Positions 24,965 to 34,150 of a stretch of 40,263 bases of DNA are shown in pieces. Position 1 is the first letter of the stretch; each line of letters starts with the position of its first letter. Source of the stretch: Candidatus Ventrenecus avicola. GTDB taxonomy: Bacteria; Bacillota_I; Bacilli_A; RF39; UBA660. The stretch spans positions 1 through 40,263 of the forward strand of contig DVHP01000100.1 of NCBI GenBank assembly GCA_018711945.1. The letters run 5' to 3'. Position numbers and translations under genes: made by a program. The notes under the pieces are model-generated. The model worked only from the letters and a program-made list of their open reading frames with translations. It was not told the origin of the DNA and ran no database searches.

Positions 24965-26779
24965 ATGTGCGGGATTGCTGGTTTTGTAGGCAAAGAGAAA
25001 AATATGAAGAAAACACTTAAAAATATGACTGATCGAATTAAACATAGAGGGCCAGATGCCGAAGGGTTTTTTGTTCGAGGAAATGTTGCTTTGGGTCAAA
25101 GAAGACTTTCCATTATCGATATTTCTGGTGGTAAACAACCAATGTTTAGTAAAGATGAAAATTTGGTGGTTGTCTTTAATGGTGAGATTTATAATTATAA
25201 AGAATTAAAAAGTGAACTTAAAGATTATCCTTGGCAAACAAATAGTGATACGGAAGTATTACTTGCCGGGTATGAAAAATGGGGTCGTGATTTACCAAAG
25301 CATTTAAGAGGAATGTTTGCTTTTGCTTTATACGATATTAAAAATAAAACGCTTTTCTGTGCAAGGGACCCTTTTGGTATTAAACCTTTCTATTATTATC
25401 AAAATGATGGAACTTTTTTGTTTGCATCTGAAATTAAAGCGTTTTTAGACCATCCTAAGTTTGAGAAGAAGTTTAATGAGTCTATTTTATCGGCTTATTT
25501 GTCTTTTAGTTTTACGCCAACGACAGAAACGTTTTTTGAAGGCGTGAGGCGACTTGATGCAGGACATTCTTTAACACTTCAAGATGGAGAAGTTACGCTT
25601 GAGCGTTATTATGAGTTAAAGTTTCCAATTGAACATAAGGAATATAAGAAGGTTGTTAAAGATATTTCTAATGTTATGCAAGATAGTGTAGAACATCATA
25701 TGATTAGTGATGTAGAAGTTGGTTCTTTCTTATCAAGTGGGATTGACTCTTCTTATTTGGTATCTTTAGCAAAACCAGATAAAACTTATACGGTTGGGTA
25801 TGATATTCCGCGTTATAATGAAACTCTTTATGCTGAGGATTTGGCAAGTAAGTTAGGAATTAAGAATGTTAGTAAGAAAATTACGAAAGAAGAGTACATG
25901 AAAATTTTGGATAAGATCATGTATCATATGGATGAACCTGCTAGTGATCCGGCCATCGTGGCTCTTTACTTTGTGGCAAATTTAGCAAGTAAGGATGTCA
26001 AGGTTGTGTTGTCTGGAGAAGGTGCAGATGAGTTCTTCGGTGGATATAATTATTATCGTGAAGAAGTAGATTATTCTTTTTATAATAAGATACCGTTTTT
26101 TATTCGTCATGCGATTTCAAAAGTGTGTTCTTTATTACCACCTGTTCGAGGCATTAACTTTTTAGTTCGTCGTGGGGAAAGACTTGAAGATAGTTATATT
26201 GGTGTTAATAAGGTATGGACAGAGAAAGAAGTGAAAAAGTTATTAAAAGTTCCGGTAACTATTCAAAATAAAGAGATTACAAAGCCTGTTTTTGAAGAAT
26301 TCCAGGGTCAAAGTAATATTGTAAAAATGCAAGCCATCGATATTAATTTTTGGCTTATGAAGGATATTTTACAGAAAGCAGACCGTATGACTATGGCTAA
26401 TTCTTTGGAAGGAAGAGTGCCATTTGTGGATAAAGAAGTCTTTTCTGTAGCGTCTTCGTTACCTCTTGATTATAAAGTGACTAAGGAGAATACAAAAGTT
26501 GCTTTAAGAGAAGCTGCGAAGAAAGTTATTCCTAATGAGTCTTATAAAAAGAAAAAATTAGGATTTCCAGTTCCAATTCGTGATTGGATGAAGGAAGAAG
26601 ATGTTTACTTGGAAATTCAAAAAACGTTTTTAAGTAAACCAGCACAGAAATATTTTAATACAAAGATGCTTTTAAAAATGCTTGAGGACCATAAGAATGG
26701 GAAGAAAGATAATTATCGTAAAGTATGGAATGTTTATTGTTTTTTAAAATGGTATCAAGTATTCTTTGTGAAAATGTAG
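24965..26779 (+). CDS. asnB: asparagine synthase (glutamine-hydrolysing)
   Basis: N-terminal MCGIAGF nucleophile and PP-loop LSSGIDSS. 604 aa with a GGAGG RBS. Confidence 0.9.
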   Translation: MCGIAGFVGKEKNMKKTLKNMTDRIKHRGPDAEGFFVRGNVALGQRRLSIIDISGGKQPMFSKDENLVVVFNGEIYNYKELKSELKDYPWQTNSDTEVLLAGYEKWGRDLPKHLRGMFAFALYDIKNKTLFCARDPFGIKPFYYYQNDGTFLFASEIKAFLDHPKFEKKFNESILSAYLSFSFTPTTETFFEGVRRLDAGHSLTLQDGEVTLERYYELKFPIEHKEYKKVVKDISNVMQDSVEHHMISDVEVGSFLSSGIDSSYLVSLAKPDKTYTVGYDIPRYNETLYAEDLASKLGIKNVSKKITKEEYMKILDKIMYHMDEPASDPAIVALYFVANLASKDVKVVLSGEGADEFFGGYNYYREEVDYSFYNKIPFFIRHAISKVCSLLPPVRGINFLVRRGERLEDSYIGVNKVWTEKEVKKLLKVPVTIQNKEITKPVFEEFQGQSNIVKMQAIDINFWLMKDILQKADRMTMANSLEGRVPFVDKEVFSVASSLPLDYKVTKENTKVALREAAKKVIPNESYKKKKLGFPVPIRDWMKEEDVYLEIQKTFLSKPAQKYFNTKMLLKMLEDHKNGKKDNYRKVWNVYCFLKWYQVFFVKM

Positions 26780-26849
26780 GAAATATAGTCTCTCATGATT
26801 ATATTTTCATTTTTTTCTTTACGTGAAATAAAATAGAAAGAGGGATGTT

Positions 26850-27452
26850 ATGAAGAAAAATTTACTTGTGGTAGGGTTTGTTATTTGTTTTGTTTGTTTC
26901 TTGGTTCTTGCCATTTTGGTTACGATGGGAAGTACTACACCTTTTGATACTTTTGTGTATCAAGGAATTCAAACTATTCGTATTCCTGAATTTTGGAAAT
27001 TTATTACTCATATAGGAAGTTTTGAAGTTATTGTTTTGTTTCTTGTTTTTATTGCTATTTTCTGGCGTCAGAAAAGAAATAGTCTTTTTTTGATACTTTG
27101 TATGGTGATGGAGGCAGCTTTGAATTTTGGATTAAAGTTTATTTTTCAAAGACCACGACCTAGTGTGTTACATCTTGTAGAAGAAAGTGGATATTCTTTT
27201 CCAAGTGGACATGCGATGACTATTACGACATTTGGGCTTCTTCTTATTTTTTTCTTATGGCAAAGTAAGCTTAGTAAGAGTAAGAAAATACTTGGAAGTA
27301 TCTTCCTTGGTCTTTTAATTCTTTTGGTTTGTTTGAGCCGAGTATATCTAGGAGTTCATTATGCCAGTGATATTTTGGCTGGTTTCTTATTAGGAAGTGC
27401 CTTTTCTTTGTTTTGTTGTTATTTTTATTTTCATCAAAAAAAGTTGTCTTAA
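26850..27452 (+). CDS. PAP2-family phosphatase (BcrC/undecaprenyl-diphosphatase-like)
   Basis: KFIFQRPRP, SFPSGHAM, SRVYLGVHYASD. Confidence 0.85.
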   Translation: MKKNLLVVGFVICFVCFLVLAILVTMGSTTPFDTFVYQGIQTIRIPEFWKFITHIGSFEVIVLFLVFIAIFWRQKRNSLFLILCMVMEAALNFGLKFIFQRPRPSVLHLVEESGYSFPSGHAMTITTFGLLLIFFLWQSKLSKSKKILGSIFLGLLILLVCLSRVYLGVHYASDILAGFLLGSAFSLFCCYFYFHQKKLS

Positions 27453-28126
27453 CGTTGACAACTTTCTTTTTTTGTTTTCTTTTTCTTTGTTTTGTTCCAT
27501 GTTTGTATTTTTAAGTGGGGGAAAGCATCCATAATTCTTTTTTCTAAACGCATTTTAGAAGTTTGAATTTGTTTTTTGACTAGTTTTTTAATTCTTTCTG
27601 TATCATCTCTTGGGATTATTTGTTTTTGTTCGATATTCTTGCATAAGTTTTTGAATGTATTCATCATTTTAAAGGAAATAATCGTGTCAATGAGTAACCC
27701 AATTACTAATATACTTGCTAAGACGATAGTAAATGTTTCATTCCAAGAATTGAAAAGATTTAGGAAAAATGGATTTGCTGCATACATTAGAAACATTCCA
27801 AATATTCCGAATGGAACCATGGTTTCTAAACAGATACGACCATTAATGTTGAATTTTTTGTTTGAATAATCCCACCATCTAGTATGGAACAATTTTTCTA
27901 AATAGAAACTTGTGAAATATTCCAAAATAGAACAGAGTAGAATAATCATGATAAATAGAACAAGTGGATCATTTAGATATTTTTGTAGTAAAAGTTGCAT
28001 TAATAGGGCTCCCCATCCATAGATAGGGCAATAAGGCCCGATTAAGAAGCCACGATTGATGAATTTATGGTCACTTATTAATTTACAAATTACTTCTAAA
28101 CACCATCCTAAAAAGGAATAAGTCAT
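27449..28126 (-). CDS. PF06541/DUF1113-type membrane protein ('putative ABC-transporter type IV')
   Basis: FLGWCLEV...RGFLIGPYCPIYGWGA. Multi-pass membrane protein. Confidence 0.7.
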   Translation of the reverse strand: MTYSFLGWCLEVICKLISDHKFINRGFLIGPYCPIYGWGALLMQLLLQKYLNDPLVLFIMIILLCSILEYFTSFYLEKLFHTRWWDYSNKKFNINGRICLETMVPFGIFGMFLMYAANPFFLNLFNSWNETFTIVLASILVIGLLIDTIISFKMMNTFKNLCKNIEQKQIIPRDDTERIKKLVKKQIQTSKMRLEKRIMDAFPHLKIQTWNKTKKKKTKKESCQR

Positions 28127-28180
28127 AAATAATAAACAATATACTGCTACTACATGTATTATATTTCTTCACCCATTCTT

Positions 28181-28209
28181 ATTATAGAATCTTGTCAACA
28201 TCTTGTCAA
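28181..28209 (-). promoter_or_regulatory. consensus sigma-A-type promoter for 27449-28126
   Basis: On the minus strand, TTGACA (28209-28204), a 17-nt spacer, then TATAAT (28186-28181). Confidence 0.65.
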
Positions 28210-28277
28210 CAGACTATCTTTTGATGATTTTTTTTGCTTGTTTCTTGTATAATAAATATAGAAAGGCAGGTTATAAT

Positions 28278-28703
28278 ATGGGTAAAAAAGGAAAAACTGT
28301 TGCAGCAATCCTTGGAGGAGCAGCGATTGGAGCAGGATTAGGAATTTTATTTGCTCCGAAAAGTGGAAAGGAAACACGTGCTGAATTAAAAGCAAAAATG
28401 GATGATTTAATTAGCAAAGCTAAAGAAATTGATATGGATGATGTCAGAGCATATGTTGTGCAAAAGACAGAAGAAATTGAAGCTGCTTTAAAAGATTTAG
28501 ATAAAGAAAAGGTTCTTAAAATTGCTAAGAAAAAAGCAAAAGACATTCAAAAAGCAGCGACTGATTTAGTGAACTATGTCAAAGAAAAGGGAGAACCAGT
28601 TTTAACGGATGCGGCTGAAGCTGTTCGTTTAAAAGCTATTGATGTTACAAAGAACGTATTAGAAAAATTAGAAAACCCAAAAACTGCAACAAAGGAAGCT
28701 TAA
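28278..28703 (+). CDS. YtxH-like protein
   Basis: MGKKGKTVAAILGGAAIGAGLGILFAPKSGKETRAELK. Track ORF trimmed to the ATG at 28278. Confidence 0.8.
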   Translation: MGKKGKTVAAILGGAAIGAGLGILFAPKSGKETRAELKAKMDDLISKAKEIDMDDVRAYVVQKTEEIEAALKDLDKEKVLKIAKKKAKDIQKAATDLVNYVKEKGEPVLTDAAEAVRLKAIDVTKNVLEKLENPKTATKEA

Positions 28704-28729
28704 AGATCTTTCAAAGAGGTCTTTTTTTC
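28704..28729 (+). terminator. intrinsic terminator after the ytxH-like gene
   Basis: agatct-ttcaaag-agaggtct (includes one G-U pair) followed by T7. Confidence 0.6.
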
Positions 28730-28744
28730 TTTTTTTAGAGAAAT

Positions 28745-28773
28745 TTGCAAATAGAAAACATTTGTGGTATAAT
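28745..28773 (+). promoter_or_regulatory. sigma-A-type promoter of the alarmone synthetase gene
   Basis: TTGCAA (28745-28750), a 17-nt spacer ending in TGG, then TATAAT (28768-28773). Confidence 0.65.
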
Positions 28774-28782
28774 TTTTTTATG

Positions 28783-28811
28783 AAGTGGTACGTTTGTATT
28801 ACTTTTTTTTC
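28783..28811 (+). promoter_or_regulatory. terminator-like hairpin in the 5' leader (possible attenuator)
   Basis: aagtggta-cgtttg-tattactt (8 bp, two G-U pairs) followed by T6, located between the promoter and the RBS AAAGGAG. Confidence 0.35.
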
Positions 28812-28825
28812 TTAAAGGAGCGATT

Positions 28826-29455
28826 TTGTTAAATATGAATTTAACTCAGTATTATAAATATGAGTACGCAAAGGATATGCTTGAAAGTGAGTTGCGTATT
28901 TTAATCAAGGAATTTGAAAGAAAGCATGGTTATACACCAGTAGAACATTTAAAGTCAAGAATGAAATCTAGTGAAAGCATTTCTCGTAAATTAATAAAAA
29001 AAGGATATGAAGTTACTGAGAAAAATGCTTATAAATATATTGACGATATTGTGGGGGTTCGAATTGTTGTGTCTTTTTTAAGTGATGTGTATGACGTTGT
29101 TTCTTTAATTGCAAGTTCTACTAATTTGCTTGTTAAGGAAAGAAAGGATTATATTCGAAGTCCAAAGTCTTCGGGGTATTCTAGTTATCATTTAAAGGTT
29201 TTAGTGCCTGTTTATTTACAAGATTATGTGGAATATGTACCAGCGGAAATTCAAGTCAGAACTGTTGCGATGGATTTCTGGGCTAGTTTGGACCATAAAA
29301 TTCGTTATAAATTCCAAGAGGAAATTCCTTCTGAAGTGCAAGCAAATATGCAAGATTATGCATTGGATATTCAGGAACTTGACCGTAAAATGTATGAGAT
29401 TAATAAAATTATGAGTAAGTATGAGAAAGATTTGAATGAAAAAGAAAATCATTAG
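28826..29455 (+). CDS. small alarmone synthetase (RelP/RelQ-type GTP pyrophosphokinase)
   Basis: DIVGVRIVVSF, SGYSSYHL, EIQVRTVAMDFWASLDHKIRYK. The TTG at 28826 is 5 nt after GGAG; an alternative ATG is at 28835. Confidence 0.85.
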   Translation: MLNMNLTQYYKYEYAKDMLESELRILIKEFERKHGYTPVEHLKSRMKSSESISRKLIKKGYEVTEKNAYKYIDDIVGVRIVVSFLSDVYDVVSLIASSTNLLVKERKDYIRSPKSSGYSSYHLKVLVPVYLQDYVEYVPAEIQVRTVAMDFWASLDHKIRYKFQEEIPSEVQANMQDYALDIQELDRKMYEINKIMSKYEKDLNEKENH

Positions 29456-29469
29456 AAAAGGGTAGTATT

Positions 29470-30495
29470 ATGAGGCAACAAGATATAGAAAACCTTGTTT
29501 TGTGGTATCAAAAAAATAAACGAGATTTGCCATGGAGACATACGAAAGATGCTTATAAAATTTGGATTTCTGAAATTATGTTACAGCAAACGAGGGTCGA
29601 AGCAGTGAAGCGTTATTATGAAGTATTTCTTAAATCTTTGCCTACTGTGTATGACTTGGCTCAAGTTAGTGATGATGAACTATTGAAGCTTTGGGAAGGG
29701 CTAGGGTACTATAGTCGGGCTCGTAATTTGAAGAAATGTGCGAGTGAGTTAGTTCGAAGTTATCAAGGGGTTCTTCCTGATGATGAAAAGGAACTTCTTT
29801 CGTTGCCTGGTATTGGGGAATATACGGCAGGAGCGATTTTGTCGATTGCTTATTTAAAACCTGTTCCAGCGATTGACGGGAATGTCATGCGTGTGTTATC
29901 GCGGGTTTATGAAGATGAGAGGGATATGTTAAGTTCGCAAGTTCGTAAGGAATATAGTGAAATTTTGAGAAAATTTATCAAAAAGTATCCTCCAAATGAT
30001 TTTACACAGAGTTTTATAGAACTTGGGGCGGTGGTTTGTGTGCCGAATGGAACTCCTTTATGTGAAGAATGTCCTCTTAAAAGGTGTTGCAAGGCTCATC
30101 GTCATCATAAGGAACTTCTTTATCCACTGAAAAGTGTGAAGAAACCACGGAGAATAATTTCAAAAACTGTTTTTGTTTTTGAGTATTGCGGACGTTATTC
30201 TATTTTGAAAAAAGAGGAAGGATTACTTTCTGGTACGTATGAATTTCCTAATGTTGATGAAAAAATGTGTCAAGATGATGTCAAAAAGTATTTGGCTCAA
30301 CAAGAGTGTTCTTTTTCTAAAATTGTATTTCTTGGTGAATTTAAACATATTTTTTCTCATTTGGAATGGCATATGAATGCTTATGTTATCTCTCTTCAAA
30401 AGCCTTTTAAGGATTATTTATATGTTGGATTAGAAGAAATAAAGATGAATTATTCTATTCCATCTGCTTTTCAGAAAATCTTAGAGAAAATCTAG
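29470..30495 (+). CDS. mutY: A/G-specific adenine DNA glycosylase
   Basis: LPWRHTKDAYKIWISEIMLQQTRV, HhH LPGIGEYTAGAILSIAY, 4Fe-4S loop CVPNGTPLCEECPLKRCC, and a C-terminal Nudix-like domain. Confidence 0.9.
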   Translation: MRQQDIENLVLWYQKNKRDLPWRHTKDAYKIWISEIMLQQTRVEAVKRYYEVFLKSLPTVYDLAQVSDDELLKLWEGLGYYSRARNLKKCASELVRSYQGVLPDDEKELLSLPGIGEYTAGAILSIAYLKPVPAIDGNVMRVLSRVYEDERDMLSSQVRKEYSEILRKFIKKYPPNDFTQSFIELGAVVCVPNGTPLCEECPLKRCCKAHRHHKELLYPLKSVKKPRRIISKTVFVFEYCGRYSILKKEEGLLSGTYEFPNVDEKMCQDDVKKYLAQQECSFSKIVFLGEFKHIFSHLEWHMNAYVISLQKPFKDYLYVGLEEIKMNYSIPSAFQKILEKI

Positions 30496-30546
30496 TAAAG
30501 AATAGATTTTTTTGGTATACTTTTGTACATGTAAAGGAATGATGTT

Positions 30547-31173
30547 ATGCAGGCTTGGATTATTGAAATTATGAACCAATTTGGTTATTTGGGAATTTTT
30601 TTGTTGATTGCTATTGAAAATATATTTCCACCAATTCCATCTGAAGTAATTTTACTCTTCGGTGGATTTATGTCTACTTATACTAATATGCATATTGTAG
30701 GAATTATTATTGCTTCAACTTTAGGGTCTCTTGTTGGGGCTTATGCTTTGTATTTTATTGGTAAAATTTTTAACAAGGAACGTTTAAAGAAAATTGTTCG
30801 TGGTAAAATTGGTAAAGTTCTAAGGCTCAAGGAAAAAGATATTGATATGGCGGACGAATGGTTTGATAAAAAGGGAAATAAAACAGTATTTTTTTGCCGG
30901 TTTATTCCAATTGTTCGTAGTTTGATTTCTATTCCTGCTGGTATGAGTGAAATGCCTCTTGGGAAGTTTACTTTGTATACGGTGGTAGGATCTCTTATTT
31001 GGAATACGGTTTTATCGATTGCAGGTCAAACAGTTGGTGCAAATTGGGAATCGATACTAGCTATTTTTGAACAATATTCTCATATTGCTGCGATTGTACT
31101 TGTTATTCTTGGTGTTGGTGCGATCGTATGGTTTTATAGTAAGAAAAGAACGAAAAAGTCAAAAACAAAATAG
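30547..31173 (+). CDS. DedA-family membrane protein
   Basis: ENIFPPIPSEVILLFGG and FCRFIPIVRSLISIPAG. Confidence 0.85.
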   Translation: MQAWIIEIMNQFGYLGIFLLIAIENIFPPIPSEVILLFGGFMSTYTNMHIVGIIIASTLGSLVGAYALYFIGKIFNKERLKKIVRGKIGKVLRLKEKDIDMADEWFDKKGNKTVFFCRFIPIVRSLISIPAGMSEMPLGKFTLYTVVGSLIWNTVLSIAGQTVGANWESILAIFEQYSHIAAIVLVILGVGAIVWFYSKKRTKKSKTK

Positions 31174-31185
31174 GAAAGTGAAATC

Positions 31186-31848
31186 CTATTTTTTTAATGT
31201 GTTTTTGTGATTGATTTCTTCGCAGATTGTTGGCAGTAGATTTTCTTGTACGTCTTTTTTATCTAATATGTTTAATAAAAATTCTTGACCGTATTTTTGT
31301 AATAAGTAAGTTACTAAAGTTCTGTAAGTATTGTAACCAACTTTTTGATTTGTGATATCTTCTATATTGCAAGTTGTTTCTAATGGTAAATGATCGTATT
31401 GATGGGTTATAGTCGTAGCAAGTCCTTCAATAAACCAAAGAGTACTTCCTTCTGTTAAAGGCATATTAATTTTTATTCGATGCAAAAAATGGGCGTATTC
31501 ATGAAGCAGGCGAAGCATTAGTTTTTCTAAATTGTCATTTTCATGGCCAGTCCCTTTTTTCTGCTCTTTTAAATTTAGAGCTCGAATAGTATTTATACCA
31601 TGAATTCTTTTAAAAAATGCCACGATATAAGAAGATGAACCTATATTATATATTATACAGTCATTTCTAAATTGATTATAGTTATTATAAAGAATGATTT
31701 GAGGCTTGTCTTTGGTATCTAGATTTTCCAATTTAAAAAAGTTTGTTAGTTCGGGAATCCGTTCTGTTAAAAAATTTATTATTTCTGGAATGTAATCTAA
31801 ATCATCTTTGGTATAGTAGATATCAAAATTTTTAGAATAGAAAGTCAT
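31186..31848 (-). CDS. putative zinc metallopeptidase-like protein (HExxH)
   Basis: LLHEYAHFLHR. Start set at the ATG at 31848 (MTFYSKNF...). Confidence 0.55.
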   Translation of the reverse strand: MTFYSKNFDIYYTKDDLDYIPEIINFLTERIPELTNFFKLENLDTKDKPQIILYNNYNQFRNDCIIYNIGSSSYIVAFFKRIHGINTIRALNLKEQKKGTGHENDNLEKLMLRLLHEYAHFLHRIKINMPLTEGSTLWFIEGLATTITHQYDHLPLETTCNIEDITNQKVGYNTYRTLVTYLLQKYGQEFLLNILDKKDVQENLLPTICEEINHKNTLKK

Positions 31849-31954
31849 ATTGTTCACACCTTTTCTATATTGTAGCAAAATTTTTTGTAAATTCGTATTT
31901 TTCTAGCTATTTCTATGTAAATAGAGTAAAATTTATTTATGTGAAGGAGTTGTT

Positions 31955-32365
31955 ATGAAAAAAGTTGTTATTGCCGGAAGTGCTAAATTACAAGAAAAAA
32001 TAAATGGTTGGAAAAATTACTTTGAACATAAAGGTTTTGAAGTTTTAGATTATCCTGTGGCAATTGATGAACAGTATTTTATGGAAATATATCCAGGGGT
32101 TCATAAAAAATTTTTTGAAAATATTATGAAAACCGATTATTTGTTTGTCATGAATGAAGATAAGAATTCCATCAAAGGATATATTGGAGCTGAGACTTTT
32201 GCAGAAATGTGCTTTGCTGTGATACAGAAATTGCTTTATGATAAGCCTATTGTAGTAGTACTTTATCAAAAACCTTCTGAAAGTGTATTTTCTTATGATG
32301 AAGTTTGTTTATGGCATAGTCTTGGGTGGATATCTTTTTTAGAGGAGGTAGAGCATGAATTATAG
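31955..32365 (+). CDS. nucleoside 2-deoxyribosyltransferase-like (NDT/Rcl fold) protein
   Basis: MKKVVIAGSAK... and IGAETFAEMCFAV (Glu in the expected catalytic position). The call is by pattern only. Confidence 0.5.
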   Translation: MKKVVIAGSAKLQEKINGWKNYFEHKGFEVLDYPVAIDEQYFMEIYPGVHKKFFENIMKTDYLFVMNEDKNSIKGYIGAETFAEMCFAVIQKLLYDKPIVVVLYQKPSESVFSYDEVCLWHSLGWISFLEEVEHEL

Positions 32366-32918
32366 AAAAGAAATAGAACAGTATGTTCCTTTTAATGAAC
32401 AAGAGGTTTGTGATAAAGAGCAATTTTTAAAATTTATAGATACTTTTGATGATGTATTAACTAGGGATAATATTTTTGGACATCTTACTGCTTCTGCTTT
32501 TGTTGTAAATAAAGAAAGAAATAAGATGTTAGTTGTTTATCATATTATTAATGATGGCTGGATTTATCCTGGAGGACACGTGGATGGTGAGACAGATTTT
32601 TTAAGTGTTGCTGTCCGAGAAGTTAAAGAAGAAACTGGGTTAGAGGTTCGAGTATTAAATCCTTCTATTTTTTCTTTTTCTTCTGCTCCTGTAAAAGGGC
32701 ATGTTAAAAGGGGAAAATATGTTTCAGCTCATTTGCATTTTGATATTATTTATTTGATGGAAGCAGATGATACTTTGCCTTTAAAATATCGTGAAGATGA
32801 ATCGAATGGTGTTAAATGGGTAACGTTTGATGAGGCAACAGATAAAAGCATGTGTGATTTTATAAGACCTATTCATAAAAAGTTAATTCAGAAGCTTCAA
32901 GAAAATGATTATTTATAG
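32355..32918 (+). CDS. Nudix hydrolase
   Basis: Nudix box GGHVDGETDFLSVAVREVKEETGLEV. Overlaps the upstream gene by 11 nt. Confidence 0.85.
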   Translation: MNYRKEIEQYVPFNEQEVCDKEQFLKFIDTFDDVLTRDNIFGHLTASAFVVNKERNKMLVVYHIINDGWIYPGGHVDGETDFLSVAVREVKEETGLEVRVLNPSIFSFSSAPVKGHVKRGKYVSAHLHFDIIYLMEADDTLPLKYREDESNGVKWVTFDEATDKSMCDFIRPIHKKLIQKLQENDYL

Positions 32919-32928
32919 GAGTAGTTAT

Positions 32929-33558
32929 ATGGAAAATAAAATACAAAATATTATGCAATTTTATACTATGTGTGTAAAACTTAAAAATACTATTCGAACT
33001 GGACCTTTGGTTTGGAATATAAAAAGAGAACGTGTAGAAAGTGTCGCGGAACACATTTATGGAACTCAAATGCTTGCGATTGCTATTTATTATCAGTTTT
33101 CTTATTCGTTGGATTTGAAAAGAATAATTTTTATGTTAGCTATTCATGAGTTGGAAGAAATTTTAATTGGAGATTATGCTTTTTATCAAATTTCTAGGGA
33201 AGAAAAATTAATACAAGGAAAAGATGCTGTAGAACATATTTTAAAAGATTTTGTTGATAAAGAAGAAATTGTAAATCTTTTAGATGAGTTCAATGAACGG
33301 GTAACAAAAGAGGCTAAGTTTGCTCATCGTTGTGATAAATTGGAATGTGATTTGCAAATTAAGTTGTATGAACAAGAAGGTTGTTTTGATTTGATGCATC
33401 AAGAGAATAATCCTCTTATAAATGACTTTTATGTAAAAGGATTATTAGAGAGTGAGAAAAGTTTAGCAAATGCTTGGATAGAATTTGATAGAAAAGAGTA
33501 TGAGGAAGATCCTAATTTTCTTGTGATTATTGATTATTTAAAGAAACATGAAATATAA
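32929..33558 (+). CDS. HD-domain phosphohydrolase (YfbR-like 5'-nucleotidase family), with HE in place of HD
   Basis: VAEHIYG, LAIHELEEILIGDY, AHRCDKLECDLQ. ATG at 32929 lies 7 nt after AGGAG. Confidence 0.7.
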   Translation: MENKIQNIMQFYTMCVKLKNTIRTGPLVWNIKRERVESVAEHIYGTQMLAIAIYYQFSYSLDLKRIIFMLAIHELEEILIGDYAFYQISREEKLIQGKDAVEHILKDFVDKEEIVNLLDEFNERVTKEAKFAHRCDKLECDLQIKLYEQEGCFDLMHQENNPLINDFYVKGLLESEKSLANAWIEFDRKEYEEDPNFLVIIDYLKKHEI

Positions 33559-33640
33559 ATTGTTTAAGATAAGGTTGTAGCATATAAATATGAATGCTAG
33601 GAGCTTTTTGTAATCTTTTATAGGATAAAAAAATTTTGTT

Positions 33641-33669
33641 TAAAAAAAGTACCCTAGAGAATGGGTACT
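33641..33669 (-). terminator. intrinsic terminator after 33668-34150
   Basis: agtaccc/gggtact stem. On the minus strand it is followed by T7. Confidence 0.7.
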
Positions 33670-34150
33670 AAAATTTGGCTTCATATATATTGGAGCTTTT
33701 CTTTTTTACTAAATTTAACATAACACTTGGTATTTTTTCTTCTTTTTGGGTACGGTCTATGTCCCTTTCTTCTGCTTGGTATGATATTCCATTGTAATGT
33801 ATGTTGTATAAAATATTTAAATAATCATAAGAAGATGTTAGTCTGGCAGCGATTTGTTTTCTTAATGGAGAAACATTTGATGGCAGAAAAAGAATTCCTG
33901 TTCGAAAAGAAGAATTTTGTTTAGATGTATCCATAAAAACGATGTTTCCTTCTAGTGCTATTTTAATGGATATTAAATTTCTGCTATTTTGATACAAATC
34001 TTTTACAGTTACTGTTTCAAACTTTTTTTGTGATAAATATTTTTCCCAGTATTCTAGATGATTTTGATAATTAGGATTTTGGGGTATGATGTCAATGGCT
34101 TTGATTAAAGGTTTTGTATTGTGAATTATAAAAATTTTAATGTCGGCCAT
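33668..34150 (-). CDS. hypothetical protein (160 aa), distant paralogue of the upstream gene
   Basis: Shares ...LEGNIVFMDTS...GILFLPSNVS..Q with EGDIIFNNTTT...GQLLIPETPTESQ of 34137-34700. Confidence 0.65.
   Translation of the reverse strand: MADIKIFIIHNTKPLIKAIDIIPQNPNYQNHLEYWEKYLSQKKFETVTVKDLYQNSRNLISIKIALEGNIVFMDTSKQNSSFRTGILFLPSNVSPLRKQIAARLTSSYDYLNILYNIHYNGISYQAEERDIDRTQKEEKIPSVMLNLVKKKSSNIYEAKF

Noticed and set aside
27449-27452. Convergent PAP2 and PF06541 genes overlapping by the palindrome TTAA (shared stop codons)
   Set aside because: The overlap is real, but it is a common consequence of AT-rich stop codons. No further signal such as a terminator or an antisense element was seen.
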